A stretch of DNA of 64,000 nucleotides. It comes from Octopus sinensis (lineage: Eukaryota). Made by a program: the position numbers and the translations under genes. Below, in pieces: positions 48,954-61,849 of this stretch (the stretch's first letter is position 1; the number at the start of each line of letters is the position of its first letter). Below the pieces are notes generated by a model, which did no database searches, had not been told where the DNA came from, and saw only the letters and a list, made by a program, of their open reading frames with translations. The stretch is from positions 135,656,001 to 135,720,000 of the forward strand of contig NC_043001.1 of NCBI RefSeq assembly GCF_006345805.1, in the 5' to 3' direction.

Positions 48954-49656
48954 TTCTGGTTATACCAAAGCAGAATACTGAAGGAATGACACAGACTCTG
49001 TGTGTGTGTGTGTGTGTGTGTGTAGAGGATGCATGTTAGTGCACACGAGCATAGAAATACTCAACAAACTATCACCTGAAGAGCCAGGAGGTGAAACTCA
49101 GTGTCATAATAGCAAAATTTCGGCTTTTGTGTGCGTATGTGTATATGCAGGTAGATGCATTCATTTGTTAATGGGTCTGAAATCGAGAAATAGATTTATC
49201 AAAGTTTTAAAATGAAAGTAAGTATAAGGTTTCACAGATTCAAATATTATGACAAGGAAGCGGTGTGTAGGAAGGGGGCGGAGGTTGCCATCATAATAAA
49301 CGTTTGACAAAACCTCCATATTAGCCATTATTGTGAATATATCATACTTAGAGGTCATCAGAAAATGACCAACTGACAAAACTACTATGTCACTGGATCA
49401 ATACTGAATGAAATTCTTTAAAACCAGACACACAAGTACTGGCAATAACAGCTAGAAGACTTATTATTATTAGAGAGTGAGAGAGAGAGAGAAAGAGAGA
49501 GGGCGAGAGAGACAATATCTGCTGGTGGTGCTACAACAAACCATTTAAATGCATCTTGAATAAATTTAATGTGTACAAGCTCTGTTGTCCGTTTTCAGCC
49601 TCAGTCTTTGTCATATGTCAGGTTAGAATTATGCAAAGCTCTAAATGGCTGAGAGA

Positions 49657-49710
<54 letters not shown>

Positions 49711-50693
49711 TGTGTGTGTGTGTATGTGTGTGTGTGTGTATGTATGTGTGTGTGTGTGTGTGTGTTTAGAAAGTTCATATCTATAATAGGCATAAACACA
49801 CAAACACATGTGTACATAAGGAGGAATAAGAGAAATATTAAGCAACAGAATTTTCAGTGCTACGTGTGTGTGTGTGTGTGTGTGTAGCATAGCCAAAAGG
49901 TTAAGAAGGTCACTTCACAATCGAATGGTCTCACATTCAATTTGCTTTGGAGCATCTTGAGCAAGTGTCATTTTACCCATAATCTTGGACTGACTAAATC
50001 TTGTGAGTGACATTGAGTAAACAGAAACTGTTTTGAATCCTTTTGGATGGATCATATCTGCCACACACTGTAACGTGCTGATTCTGCCACATACACACTA
50101 ATTCAGTGAGCAGGAAATTCTGTTGGTCTAATTATTAAATCAAGATGACAAAGGACCAAGATATCCGGCATCTTGCTATACTCAAGAAGATCCGTCCACC
50201 ACAGCAGAATGGATACTGGTGCTAGTGCCACATAAAAGGAATAAAAAGCACTCAGTACACTCTGTGAAGTGGTTGGCATTAGGAAGGGCACCCAGCTGTA
50301 GAAACCATGCCAGAGCATATAATGGAATCTAGTGGAACCTCCGGCGTTACCAGCTCTGGTCAGACTGTTCATCCCATGCTAGCATGGAAAATGGAGGTTA
50401 AAGGATGATTAAACTTCTTCATCATCAAAAGCAACAGACTATGAAAGTCATTGCGTACTCAGTACTCAGTACAAGTGTGTGTAGTAGAGTGATTATGTTT
50501 ATTTTCAGTCAGCTCTTTTTTTCAGCAAATCAAGCAATATACTGTCTTAATCCTTTCATTACTGTATTTCTGTTGAGATGCTCTGTGTTTCTTTCAATTA
50601 CTTTAAATACAACAAAGAATTTAGTAAAATAACTCAGCTATCATTTAACTAGTGTTAGGAACATAAATTGTGACTAAGGTTTGGATGCAAGAT

Positions 50694-51060
50694 GGTTCTA
50701 GAATCTGGCGCATTCATTCCTCATTGTGTCTCTGAGAAGATCTCCAAACACTTCCTTCAATTTGGCCAACAGCAGAGCCATGGTGCTGCAGGTAGAGTGG
50801 TTGGTGTTTTTCTCATCTGTGCCCCCACATAAAGTAATCAGGGGAACTAGAAGGCCAGAAATTAAGGCTGGCGAAATCACAGAAATTCTCCAACATTTAG
50901 CTTTGACCCTTTCCAAAGGTATGGTAAGGAGCTGAATCCTATTGTTACAACACATGACCTTCCAGCAGCAATCCTCTCCAGCTGGACTTTGACACAATCT
51001 TCAGCAGCTTCACATAGCTGTCTGAATTAAGCCTAAGGTTCTGTTTGAAGATGTAGAGTT
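50694..51060 (-). pseudogene. Decayed Tc1/maT-like transposase C-terminal half
   Basis: IFKQNLRLNSDSYVKLL, ERIAAGRS, WPSSSPD..FMWG, TNHSTCSTMALLLAKLKEVF, RDTMRNECARF across frameshifts. Confidence 0.75.
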
Positions 51061-51235
51061 GAATTCTGGTGCATGGATGCAGTCAGAACACCTGCTGTGT
51101 CACTCCCTGAAGGCCATGGCTTTGTAGTCTCTATTACAGCTGACCATGTCGTATCTTACAGCCTTTTCTGTGTTCACAGAGCATTGAGCAGCAGTCATGA
51201 GGCTAGCATTTTGATACCCAGTGTGAATCATCATG

Positions 51236-51615
51236 GTGGAGGCGCAATGGCCCAGTGGTTAGGGCAGCGTACTCGCGGTCATAGGATTGCAGTTTCGATT
51301 CCAGACCGGGCGTTGTGAGTGTTTATTGAGCGAAAACACCTAAAAGCTCCACGAGGCTCCAGCAGGGGATGGCAGTGATCCCTGCTGTACTCTTTCACCA
51401 CAACTTTCTCTCACTCTTACTTCCTGTTTCTGTTGTACCTGTATTTCAAAGGGCCGGCCTTGTCACTCTCTGTATCACGCTGAATATCCCCGAGAACTAC
51501 ATTAAGGGTACACGTGTCTGTGGAGTGCTCAGCCACTTACACGTTAATTTCACGAGCAGGCTGTTCCGTTGATTCGGATCAACCGGAACCCTCGTCGTCA
51601 TAACCGACGGAGTGC
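51236..51615 (+). mobile_element. Family C SINE, tail type 2, with 12-bp TSD
   Basis: Head and centre as in 1302-1614 but a different 3' half; TGAATCATCATG at 51224-51235 and 51616-51627. Confidence 0.92.
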
Positions 51616-54193
51616 TGAATCATCATGATACAGGTAACTCTATTCCAATATCCAGATAACTTCCAGTCCTTCATGTCAGCTAACATTTTCTCAACTACAA
51701 CTTTGATCTTTATGCTCTTCAATGCCATCGACCATTCACTAATAGATTAAGATGTTCCTGAAAAAAAAAGTGGACATTAAAAATCATCAAATTTAGTCCA
51801 AACACCCAGTATACATTACTTTAAGTTACAACTTGCCTGAAAACTCTGAGCAACCACAGGCGAAACTCAGAGTACCAAGGGATTGACTCGATCAAAATAA
51901 AATATTAATCCCTACTATGGTAGGAAGTGTGCTTTTCTTTAACAGTTAACACTAAATGGATATATAAATATTATTACTATTATTTAGTTGTCTGGGGAGA
52001 GTCATTTTCTTTTTGTGCCTTATGATTTAACACACTCACCAATAAAATTTCCACTTAATTCTAATGAAATACTATTATTAATATAATGTTATAATCTCAT
52101 GACAGTGAATTGATATTGTTAAACAAAGGTTTCAAGCTGAAAACACAGAAATAAATTGAGCAATTATCGGACATGGTTGATAATTGCTAAATTTGTCTCT
52201 ATCCTTCATAATCATCAGAAATAATATACGATGGTCATTGCTGAAATGTCTTTAATCAAAAGATGTTCAGAACTTACTAGGAAGTAAACAATAGAAACAA
52301 TAACAGCAACAACAACTCATATAAAATATGTAGATCAATTTTTAAACTATGGAAGCACAAAATGTTCAAAAAAAAAAGATAAAAAGGGAAAAATCCAGAT
52401 TTGTATCTTTATTGGTTTCATAAGAAAGGGGAGATATTTACAAAGTAAATAATCTCCAAGCAGTCAAATACAGAACTTGGTGTTGTGGTAACCAGTCACA
52501 GAAACAACACATTGATGTAAAAGCAACAATATATATTATTTATTCAAATGTAGAGATTATAATCAAAGATTTATTCTGACTGAACTACAATGTACAAGAG
52601 ACAAAAATAAGTGGGGGGGAAAAAAAAAGGTTCTCCTAGTTAGCTATTGATAAATGCAACTTAAAATGGTACAGTGACTTATTGATCGATACAAGCAATA
52701 TGACTATAGCATAAATTGACAGCCTGGCAACTCCAAGAGCTTCAACGATATATCATTCTTAAGACAAAACTAGAATGCCATTAAGCTAATATTGGACATG
52801 TCAGTTCAAGAATGGAATCTGTGAGTAAAAAGAATTGCAAAACAATTGTAAAGCGCCACTTGAAAATACTTATTCATTTAGAAGGAAAACGGTTGACTGA
52901 CTAAAATAAAGAGAATCCATTGATAAAGACAGTCAATGGAATAATGAATAAAGAACAATGAGGGAAAAAAAGTCAAAGAAAAAAAAAGACGGAAATTGTG
53001 AGAAGGACAAAAGATTGATTATGAAGATATAAGATATAGAAGAAAATGTTCTGTTTGACGGACTGTTTTCTATTAGAATGAAATGAATATGTCAGAATAT
53101 ATACATAATTCTATCATAGTGGAATTTGTTGAGACTACACTGAAATCAGGAAATAATTCGTTGGAACTGATTAAAAGAAGGAATGGAAAGAGGGAAGAAT
53201 AAAATAAATAAATGAATGAATGAAAGAAACAATCTAAATATAGATGTGGATATAAATATGGTCCATTTTGAATATTAAAATTGCTGGCCGGCAAGATTAT
53301 ATAACCACTATGATGGTGATGCTGGTGATGGTGGTGGTGGTGGTGGTGATGATGTTGGCAATGGTATTGATGATATCGGTGGTGGTAGTCGTAGTGATGA
53401 TTGTGGTGAGAAGAAGCTGCCATAAAATGATGAGGCTGAAGCTGTTTTTTGGAAATAATGAATAAATGATATCCCACAGGATTTGTAAATGAATGTCAAC
53501 TCTAGAACTACACATGACCAATAAAGGAATCAATATAATACACTGGTTCCATAATGGCTAACCATTATTTCCAATAAATTCTTCTACTTAGGACAATACA
53601 TTAATGATTGGGATACAATTTTGATATTGTGCTTATTGTTTTTTCATATTATTAATAATTTTGCACGATTTTTGAGTACAATTCGGCCCTTTAGCATGTA
53701 AAAGGTGCTGTTAGATAACTGCACAAACTAATTTAACCATTTATATAATGTAGTCTATATATAATTAACCATTTATATATTTTAACCATCTAGATAATTT
53801 AATCATCTAAACAATTTAGCCAGCTAAGTAACTGAAGTTGTCTGTATATTTTAAGTCATCTATATAGTTAGTTATTTATATAATTTAGCCACCTACACAA
53901 TTTAAGCCATCACTATAATTTAGCTACGTTAATTTTTCACAATTATGTTCATTATTATTATTAGTGGTTCTTTCATAAAGAATTGCAAAAGTATACTGAT
54001 AAGGTTGAATAATATTGAAATATGTCTAGAGTTGTCTCCCATACTTGCTGATATAATTTAAAGAACACTTGTCATAGAGCTCGCGTTGTCTTTTTCTCAC
54101 CACATATATACGTCTGATTAAAATTATGGTACTTTCTGTATTAAATAAATCAACACTAATTTAATAATATATTTTAACTCATCTATAATTAAA

Positions 54194-54425
54194 AGGCAGC
54201 GAGCTGGCAGAAACGTTAGCGCGCCGGGCGAAATGCGTAGCCGTATTTCGTCTGTCGTTACGTTGTGAGTTCAAATTCCGCTGAGGTTGACTTTGCCTTT
54301 CATCCTTTCGGGGTCGATAAATTAAGTACCAGTTACGCACTGGGGTCGATGTAATCGACTTAATCCCTTTGTCTGTCCTTATTTGTCCCCTCTGTGTTTA
54401 GCCCCTTGTGAGTAGTAAAGAAATA
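54194..54425 (+). mobile_element. Young family B SINE with 10-bp TSD
   Basis: TATAATTAAA at 54184-54193 and 54426-54435. Confidence 0.92.
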
Positions 54426-54876
54426 TATAATTAAACAGCCTACATCTTTTAGGCTATCTATAAATTAATATCACTTTCCTTATTTCAATCACTTATAATT
54501 GGTTCCGGACAAATGGTAAAGTAAAGTCAGTTAGCTGTTGCATGCAAGACTTTTGTTTGATGACTGAACATGTTGGGCAGTTCCATGATCGCTACTTTGA
54601 TACACATGGATACACAATTCAGTGGGATCAAAGTTTTTGGCATCTTTGATTTAAATGACATAAGCATTTACAACAGTTTAGGTAAAATACTGATTACTCA
54701 ATCTTTGCCTTTGATTTATAATACAAAACACTTTAAAATAAGTGGTTTGTACTTATAAAGCTAGAAGTAGATTTGGTATTGAAAGCAACCACTTTCAACA
54801 ACTGTTATTCATTTAATTTCAGTTTTTCCATGCTAGCATAGCTTGAATAGGAATTGGTTTTGAGGCAAGATTTTAC

Positions 54877-55285
54877 AGGCGCTGGAGTGGCTGTGTGGTA
54901 AGTAGCTTGCTTACCAACCACATGGTTCCAGGTTCAGTCCCACTGCGTTGCACCTTGGGCAAGTGTCTTCTACTATAGTGTCGGGTCGACCAAAGCCTTG
55001 TGAATGGATTTGGTAGACGGAAACTGAAAAAAGCCTGTTGTATATATGTATATGTATGTGTGTGTGTGTTTGTGTGTCTGTGTTTGTCCCCCCCCCCAAC
55101 ATCACTTGACAACCGATGGTGGTGTGTTTACATCTCCGTAACTTAGCAGTTTGGCAAAAGAGACTGATAGAATAAGTACTAGGCTTACAAAGAATAAGTC
55201 TTGGGGGCGATTTGCTCGACTACATGCAGTGTGCCAGCATGGCCACAGTCAAATGACTGAAGCAAGTAAAAGAGTAAAAGAGAGC
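54877..55285 (+). mobile_element. Full-length family A SINE
   Basis: Head-to-tail homology to 12000-12418. Confidence 0.92.
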
Positions 55286-55560
55286 TCTTTTTGTCTCCAA
55301 CCTTCACTTGTTTTTAGGCAAGAAACTTTTATATTCTAAAAATACAGCCCTTACCCCCAAACACACAGAATAAATGCATTCATACAAACAATATATATAT
55401 ACATAGAAAGACAACAAATGGAAAATATGACCTACCTATACATATATAATTTTTTAAAATGTGTAGTTAATAAACAAACGAACATATACTAAATACACAG
55501 GTGGACAGAAAACAGGTAATCAATACTTCATCAGTTATCAACCAGAGGAGTCAATCGCAA

Positions 55561-57127
55561 TTCAGCCATTATCGATGATATTGCTTCCACTCTGGATCCC
55601 AACAAGAAACTTGCCGGGAATTGGACCTAAACATAACAAAACGAAACGAGCTCAAGACAAGACAGTTAGTGGATGAACGGGGAACAAAACAATAAATGGA
55701 ATAAAGGCTTTGGGCCACATGAATTATTATTATGGGAGACAACTCTAGACATATTTCAATATTATTCAACCTCATCAGTATACTTTTGCAATTCTTTATG
55801 AAAGAACCACTAATAATAATAATGGGCCACAACAATTAATAATGATAATGAATATACAATGTAAAACCTTGGGGCTGCAAGACAAGACAAAAATGGGTAA
55901 TGCGAAGGAGAAATGAAAACTGTCCTAAAGGATTATACATGGGGAGGGGTAGAGTGAGGAGCTCAGAAAATTGTGTCCAGTATGGTCAAAGGCAATGCAA
56001 AAAAGAATGACACTGTCTTAGGTTGTCACAGGTCACGTGATAGAGGGAGAAGTGTAACAGAGAAAGACAGAGAGTGAGAGCTGTTTATTTACGACACTTT
56101 TTAAAAAATTATATATATAGGCGCAGGAGTGGCTGTGTGGTAGGTAGCTTGTTTACCAACCACATGGTTCCGGGTTCAGTCCCACTGCGTGGAACCTTGG
56201 GCAAGTGTCTTCTACTATAGCCTTGGGCCGACCAAAGCCTTGTGAGTGGATTTGGTAGACGGAAACTGAAAGAAGCCTGTCGTATATATGTATATATATA
56301 TATATGCGTGTGTGTGTGTTTGTGTCTGTGTTTGTCCACCTAGCATTGCTTGACAACCAATGCTGGTGTGTTCACATCCCCATAACTTAGCGGTTTGGCA
56401 AAAGAGACCGATAGAATAAGTACTGGGCTTACAAAGAATAAGTCCCGGTGTCGAGTTGCTCGATTAAAGGCGGTGCACCAGCATGGCCGCAGTCAAATGA
56501 CTGAAACAAGTAAAAGAATAAAAGAATAAAAGAATAGGTAGGCCATATTTTCAATTTGTTGGATTTTTTATTTATTCCTGAAAATATCATTCATGTAACG
56601 CACGCACTTCTTAATTTTTTTACCCATTTGTAGAAATATTCTTGGAATATTTTTTGTGTAACTCTGTCTCTTTCCGTTACTTTGCTTCTCTAAATTTCCT
56701 TTCTTTCTCTCTCTTTTTCTCTCCCTCTGTCTTTCTCTGTTACCCATCTCCCACTATCACGTGACCCACGACAACATAAGGCAGTGTCATTCTTTTTCGC
56801 GTTGCCTCTGACCATACTGGACATGATTTTCTGAGCTCGCTCTACCCCTCCCATGTATAGTCCTTTGGAACAGTCTTCATTTCTCTTTCACGTTACCCAT
56901 TTTTGTCTTGCCTTGCAGCCCCAAGGTTTTACATTGCATATGTATTATCCTTATTAATTGTTTTTGTGTGGCACTAAGCTTTTATTCTGCTTATTGTTTT
57001 GTCCTCCGTCTGTCCACTAATGGTCTCATCTCGAGCCTGTTTCATTTTGTTATGTTTAGGTCTGATTCCTGGCAAGTTTCTTGTCGGTGCCTCCAGAGTG
57101 GAAGCAATATTACCAATAATGGTTGAA
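55561..57127. mobile_element. Element with ~410-bp inverted arms (55561-56080 and 56719-57127)
   Basis: The arms align as reverse complements along their length; CAA on both outer sides; a SINE lies in the spacer. Confidence 0.75.
56119..56537 (+). mobile_element. Full-length family A SINE (near consensus)
   Basis: AGGCGCAGGAGTGGCTGTGTGG head to the (TAAAAGAA)n tail. Confidence 0.93.
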
Positions 57128-57519
57128 CAAGTTCAGGCCAGGTTGTTTATGGAAGACCAACAGTCACCCATGCATACCAGCCTCTCCTCTCCACACCACT
57201 GATGTTATCCAAAGGAAAAGCAAAGGCTGATACAGTTTGGCCCCAGTGACATCACAACTCATTTCCACAGCTGAGTGAAATGGAGCAACATGAAATAAAG
57301 TGTCTTGCACAAGAACATAACCCACAGCCTGGTCCAGGAACTGAACTCACTACCTTATGATTTCTTTATCCATCAGTTTCTACTAAGTTAGAGATGTAAG
57401 TAAAATTAATAATAGAGAAACAAAAATAAAACTTTTGAAACAGCAATGCTGCTCTAACTTACATGGAAACCATGAGTGTGCTTTCAAGAGAGATAATCAG
57501 AGAACGACTTGAAAGTCAA

Positions 57520-57758
57520 TGCAAGATCATAATGCTTCATATAAAGTAAAGTGAATATAACAAATAATCTAGAATCCTTGTCCGGTACTGAATCAATCCC
57601 AAAATCTAACCAGTTCATGCCAGTCACAATGCCAAACATCCCTGAAAGTTTCATCTGAAACCATCCACTGGTTCTTGAGGTATGTTGTCCATAGTCAAAC
57701 AAACAAAGAAACACAACTGACAACAATACCTCTGCCTTCGCTAAGGCAGAGGTAATAA
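57520..57758 (-). mobile_element. Helentron-associated (HINE/DINE-1-like) non-autonomous element
   Basis: 5' TTATTACCTCTGCC-TTAGCGAA-GGCAGAGGTA hairpin, then TGTTTGTTTG microsatellite and an ACCAGTGGATGGTTTCAGATGAAACTT block, which is the HINE architecture. Confidence 0.6.
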
Positions 57759-57777
57759 TAATAAGAATAAGAATAAA

Positions 57778-58331
57778 TGCCTGATGCAATACCAGGCAGT
57801 GACTCTCATGGCTTCAGATCTTAACTGATTGGAAGTGTTATCATGTACATTGTTTTTACTTGGAATACAAGATGAGCTACAGTAACTATTCTACTCAATA
57901 CCACAGATTTGCTTGTCAGTTGTTTGACCATAACCAGTTGAGCATGTCTCTTGGTGGCTGACGATATGTGCATCTCTGATCATAAGCAGAAGTAGTGGGG
58001 GAGCATCATAACCATGTCTTCAGAGGAATTCTTTGGAGTTTAGCTAATTCACCTTTGGAAACATGAGTGTTCCGTTCATCATCCTTAAACAACCCTTATT
58101 CAAGGACCCTTTGAGTGGTATAGGCCACTCAACCTGAAGAAAATTGTAACTGGGCCCCATCTGCAAGTTCATGCGCTGTTTATCTTGATATGAGATCACC
58201 ATGTCGTGCACATATAGTTGTGATGCATGTACCTAGTGTGCCCTTATCAGACAGATAGTTATGATAGGTATATTGGGCTTCGTATATTTTACCCCAGTGT
58301 CAGTTTGATGGCATGCACTGCTCTCTCACTC
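57778..58331. mobile_element. Element X, inverted copy
   Basis: Reverse complement of 3530-4084; AAT-rich repeats on both sides. Confidence 0.85.
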
Positions 58332-58368
58332 AATAATAATGATAATAATAACCATCATTGTCCTTTAA

Positions 58369-58595
58369 CCCTTGTGTTATAGTATTTCTGTTGAAATGCA
58401 CCATTGTTGTTCCAGTTAATTTTGAAAATAATGAAAAATTTAGTAAAATAACTTTGTCATTATTAATTAATCTTGTGTTTCCAACATAAATTAACACAAA
58501 ATTTTGATGGAATATTTTAATTTAGATGACTTTAAAATGGCAAGTTTTGTATCACAGAACCAAGGGTGGATTGAGGCAGTTTGATATCAGAAGGA
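58369..58595. mobile_element. Degenerate piggyBac-like MITE
   Basis: TTAA|CCCTT...AGGA|TTAA; related fragments at ~10905-11048 and ~50565-50640. Confidence 0.5.
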
Positions 58596-59545
58596 TTAAT
58601 ATCTGGCTTCCAAACCAGCACGGGAGGGACTCATCTGGCAAAATACAATTACAAACAAGAACAGAAATTTAAAAAGAAAACCACTTTAGATCTACTCATG
58701 AAAATGAATAGTGGTTTATGCCTATAAATTGCAAAAACTTTTGAATTTAGTTTCACAAAAGTGAAACAGTCAGGCAAATTTAGAATATATTAAAAAAAAA
58801 CTGCTAGAAGAATAACCTTGTAAATTTTATCTACTTTTAATAGAAAAAAAAACCCCCATTTATCGAGTGTCAAATTTTAAAAATAAAAGGAAAAGCATCA
58901 TTAAGAAATTCCATTGTAAAAGTATACCATTTATCAGAATTTATAGCTGAATAAATACTTGAAAAGGCAGCATAGTGTGAAATGTCAATAGGAGATTGAT
59001 ATGGAGCAGAAATCAAATATTATTCTGATAAAATCAGGATATCATATGAAATGGCTTGTAACAAGTTGCTGGTAAAACTGCTACAAATGGTTACATTTAA
59101 AATTAGTGTCTTGAAATGGAAAGTATTTAGACAGCTGGGGTTTTACATGGTGAATGATGCTGTACTAACTGAAGAATTTTTATAAAATGGTGGCACCTTA
59201 AAGACTGTTGATATACAACAGCAAAACTTATCCAAAAACACATTCACATATTGTGCAAAGACGAAAAAACATTAAGAAAAGACAATGGAAGAAAAATGTT
59301 TTACAAATATGGTATTAATTTAATGCTTCAATAGAAAAACTATCTTAATGTTTTGGATGTTAGTTTTTGTCAGACGAAAAGCTAGAAAGAGAAGAGCATA
59401 GAGATTGGGAAAAAAACACTGGGGTGGTGGTGGAGGGTTAAAAAAACTCTGTGGGAATGCTGCTTTATGGAGAGAAATTAAGAGGGAAGAAAGGGGTGTG
59501 TGCATAAATGCACTAGAGTATACCTGAATCTAGAGATAGGCTTAA

Positions 59546-59764
59546 CCCCTTAGTATTTAAACCGGCCATATCCGGCCAAAATATTTAATCTGTTTTATGT
59601 TCAAACTGCCCAGATCCAGGCTCTCACACCTACCCTACAATGTCATTCAACATTAGGTAATTACACCATCAAGATCTTGAAGATATGAGATAATGCATGA
59701 TTAATTCAAATCAATGGAAATCAATAAGCATTATGTTTGATAGAATAATCTGAACACTAAAGGG
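59546..59764. mobile_element. piggyBac-like MITE with TTAA TSD
   Basis: TTAA|CCCCTTAG ... CTAAAGGG|TTAA. Confidence 0.78.
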
Positions 59765-59984
59765 TTAAAGGGAACTGATGTGTGTGGATGTGTGTGTTAG
59801 TGTGATGTATGTCTGTGTATAGGTGTGTACAAGAGCGAAAGTACAGTGGTGTTGGTTAACGATGAGGGTGTTGATATGTGTATGTCTCTGTTAAAGTAAC
59901 AAGATGATGGGTGAATGAACACAGGGGTACCTTGGCTCACAGACATGCTGTCTCCTCTCTCTCCCTCTCTATAATGACCTCTGC

Positions 59985-60215
59985 TCCTCAGAACCAGTTG
60001 GTCACAAGCTACCTCCATTCAAGCACTTGAAATTCGCTTGTTCCACTACTCATTACTAGTGCTGGATCCACCACCCCAACACACTAATCCCTATATCCAG
60101 TCCTTCTACCACAGAAGATTGACCTTCTGGAACTTCCTCCCTGTATATGTCTTTGTAGGTATTGACTTGCAGAATTAAGCAGAATGTGAATGGCATTGAT
60201 CTCATCCATCTTCAA
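59985..60215 (+). mobile_element. CR1/L2-group LINE 3' ORF fragment
   Basis: SFYHRRLTFWNFLP resembles the SF.PRT...WN.LP terminal motif. Confidence 0.45.
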
Positions 60216-60517
60216 GGGCATGTGAAGACTATTGGCACTGCATCTTTCAGTACAAAGAAGGTAAATATTTTAGCAAGTAAAAAGTCGGAAAAAAAAGAAA
60301 AAAAGAAGAAATTCTGAGAATCCTTGGTTTCTCTTTTTGGCTTTAGAATAAAATCTGAATATTAAAACAATCTACAAAAAAAAAAAAAAAAAAAAAAACT
60401 AAAAAGACTATTAAAATGATTATAGGTAAAAATTCTTGAAATATCTAAATTTGTCTTTTTATGGAAGCTACTTGTTTTGGTTCTTAGTAAGTAGCATCGA
60501 CTAATTGGTATCTACAG

Positions 60518-60565
60518 AAAGATGAATTTCCTTTGGAAAGAAAAAGGTTTTTGATGGAAAAGTCT
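60518..60565 (+). CDS. Candidate 48-nt coding exon (KDEFPLERKRFLMEKS), gene unidentified
   Basis: Branch-like ACTAAT, acceptor TATCTACAG, donor GTGAGT, single open frame phase 0 to 0, non-repetitive context. Confidence 0.2.
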
Positions 60566-60998
60566 GTGAGTAGAAGAGGAAGATGAGAGAATTCAGTGAA
60601 ATATATAGCATAGGAGATTGAAATATGGTGTTAATTCAATATAACAGCACCAACAGCAGTAAAAGGAAGGCACCAAGATTATTCTATAGTTCTTTAGTAT
60701 TGACTCTTTGAATGTGTTTCTTCTTCATCTTTCTGATAAAAGACATCCTCTTGATTACACAAAAACATACATGCACATATGCACCCATACATATGTATAT
60801 ACAGGCACAAGCCACATACAGATATACATGTACATATATACATACTGACACAGACATATGTACACACACACACACATAGACTGAAAATAGATCGTTTTCC
60901 TTTTTTTTTAAATATCTTTATCAATGATTAAGAATTTGTGTTTAGCTCACCATCTTTTACATCTATATACAATAATACATGGGATTGTATGTATGCAT

Positions 60999-61051
<53 letters not shown>

Positions 61052-61849
61052 AGTCATGTGCAAAACAAAAAAAAAAAAACAACAAAGCAAAATCCAGAAG
61101 TAATGCAGTCATGCACACAGATGTACAGACACACAATATACTTATATTCCCAAGCAGAATATATATACATTAGCATATACATATATAGAACCACAAAATG
61201 TGTATACACATACACACATATATATTCACATACACAAAATATATACATAAAAAAACCCTGATATATATTCACACACAGAATATATGCATCACATACATAC
61301 ATACATACATATCTATTTTTTACTGTAATTATATTTAGATGAGACCAAGTAGTAAAGGATAAAAGTACCAGAAGATGTGGATGTGGTTGGAATTATAGAG
61401 AAGAATGGAAAGGAACGGCATAAGGTTGGGAGATATATCCAAAGGAGGAAGGAGAGGAAGAGGAAAAGGGGGAGAAGAAGAAGGAGCAGATATGAAAGGA
61501 TGAAACAAAATTGATGAAAATGAAAATAATAGATAAAAAAAAAAAAGAAATGATAACTTGTAGTGATTATAGAATTATAAGAAGAAGAGTTCTTTAATGA
61601 AATTGGAATAGAATAAATGGCACAAGAATAATGGCTAGTCATGCCAAAACAAGCAAAGCAGTTGAAGTGTTGGTAGTAACATCTTTATATAAGAAGGTAA
61701 CAGGCTTCACTATTACAGTGCACCACCATCACATTATGATCTGACCACCACCGCTGCCACAATATTATAGAATAACACATCACCACTACTACACACTTAA
61801 TAACAAGACAAAGTTATAGCATTAGTGATGAGCACAATCTCTATTTAAA

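Noticed and set aside
53730-53945. Degenerate ~17-bp AT-rich tandem (ATAATTTAACCATCTAT-like)
   Set aside because: Real but highly decayed and compositionally simple; nothing further could be supported.
54490-54760. Protein-looking frames (MTEHVGQFHDRYFDTHGYTIQWDQSFWHL) in unique DNA; likewise 59000-59200
   Set aside because: Several frames on both strands are similarly open, splice sites are weak, and no family was recognised.
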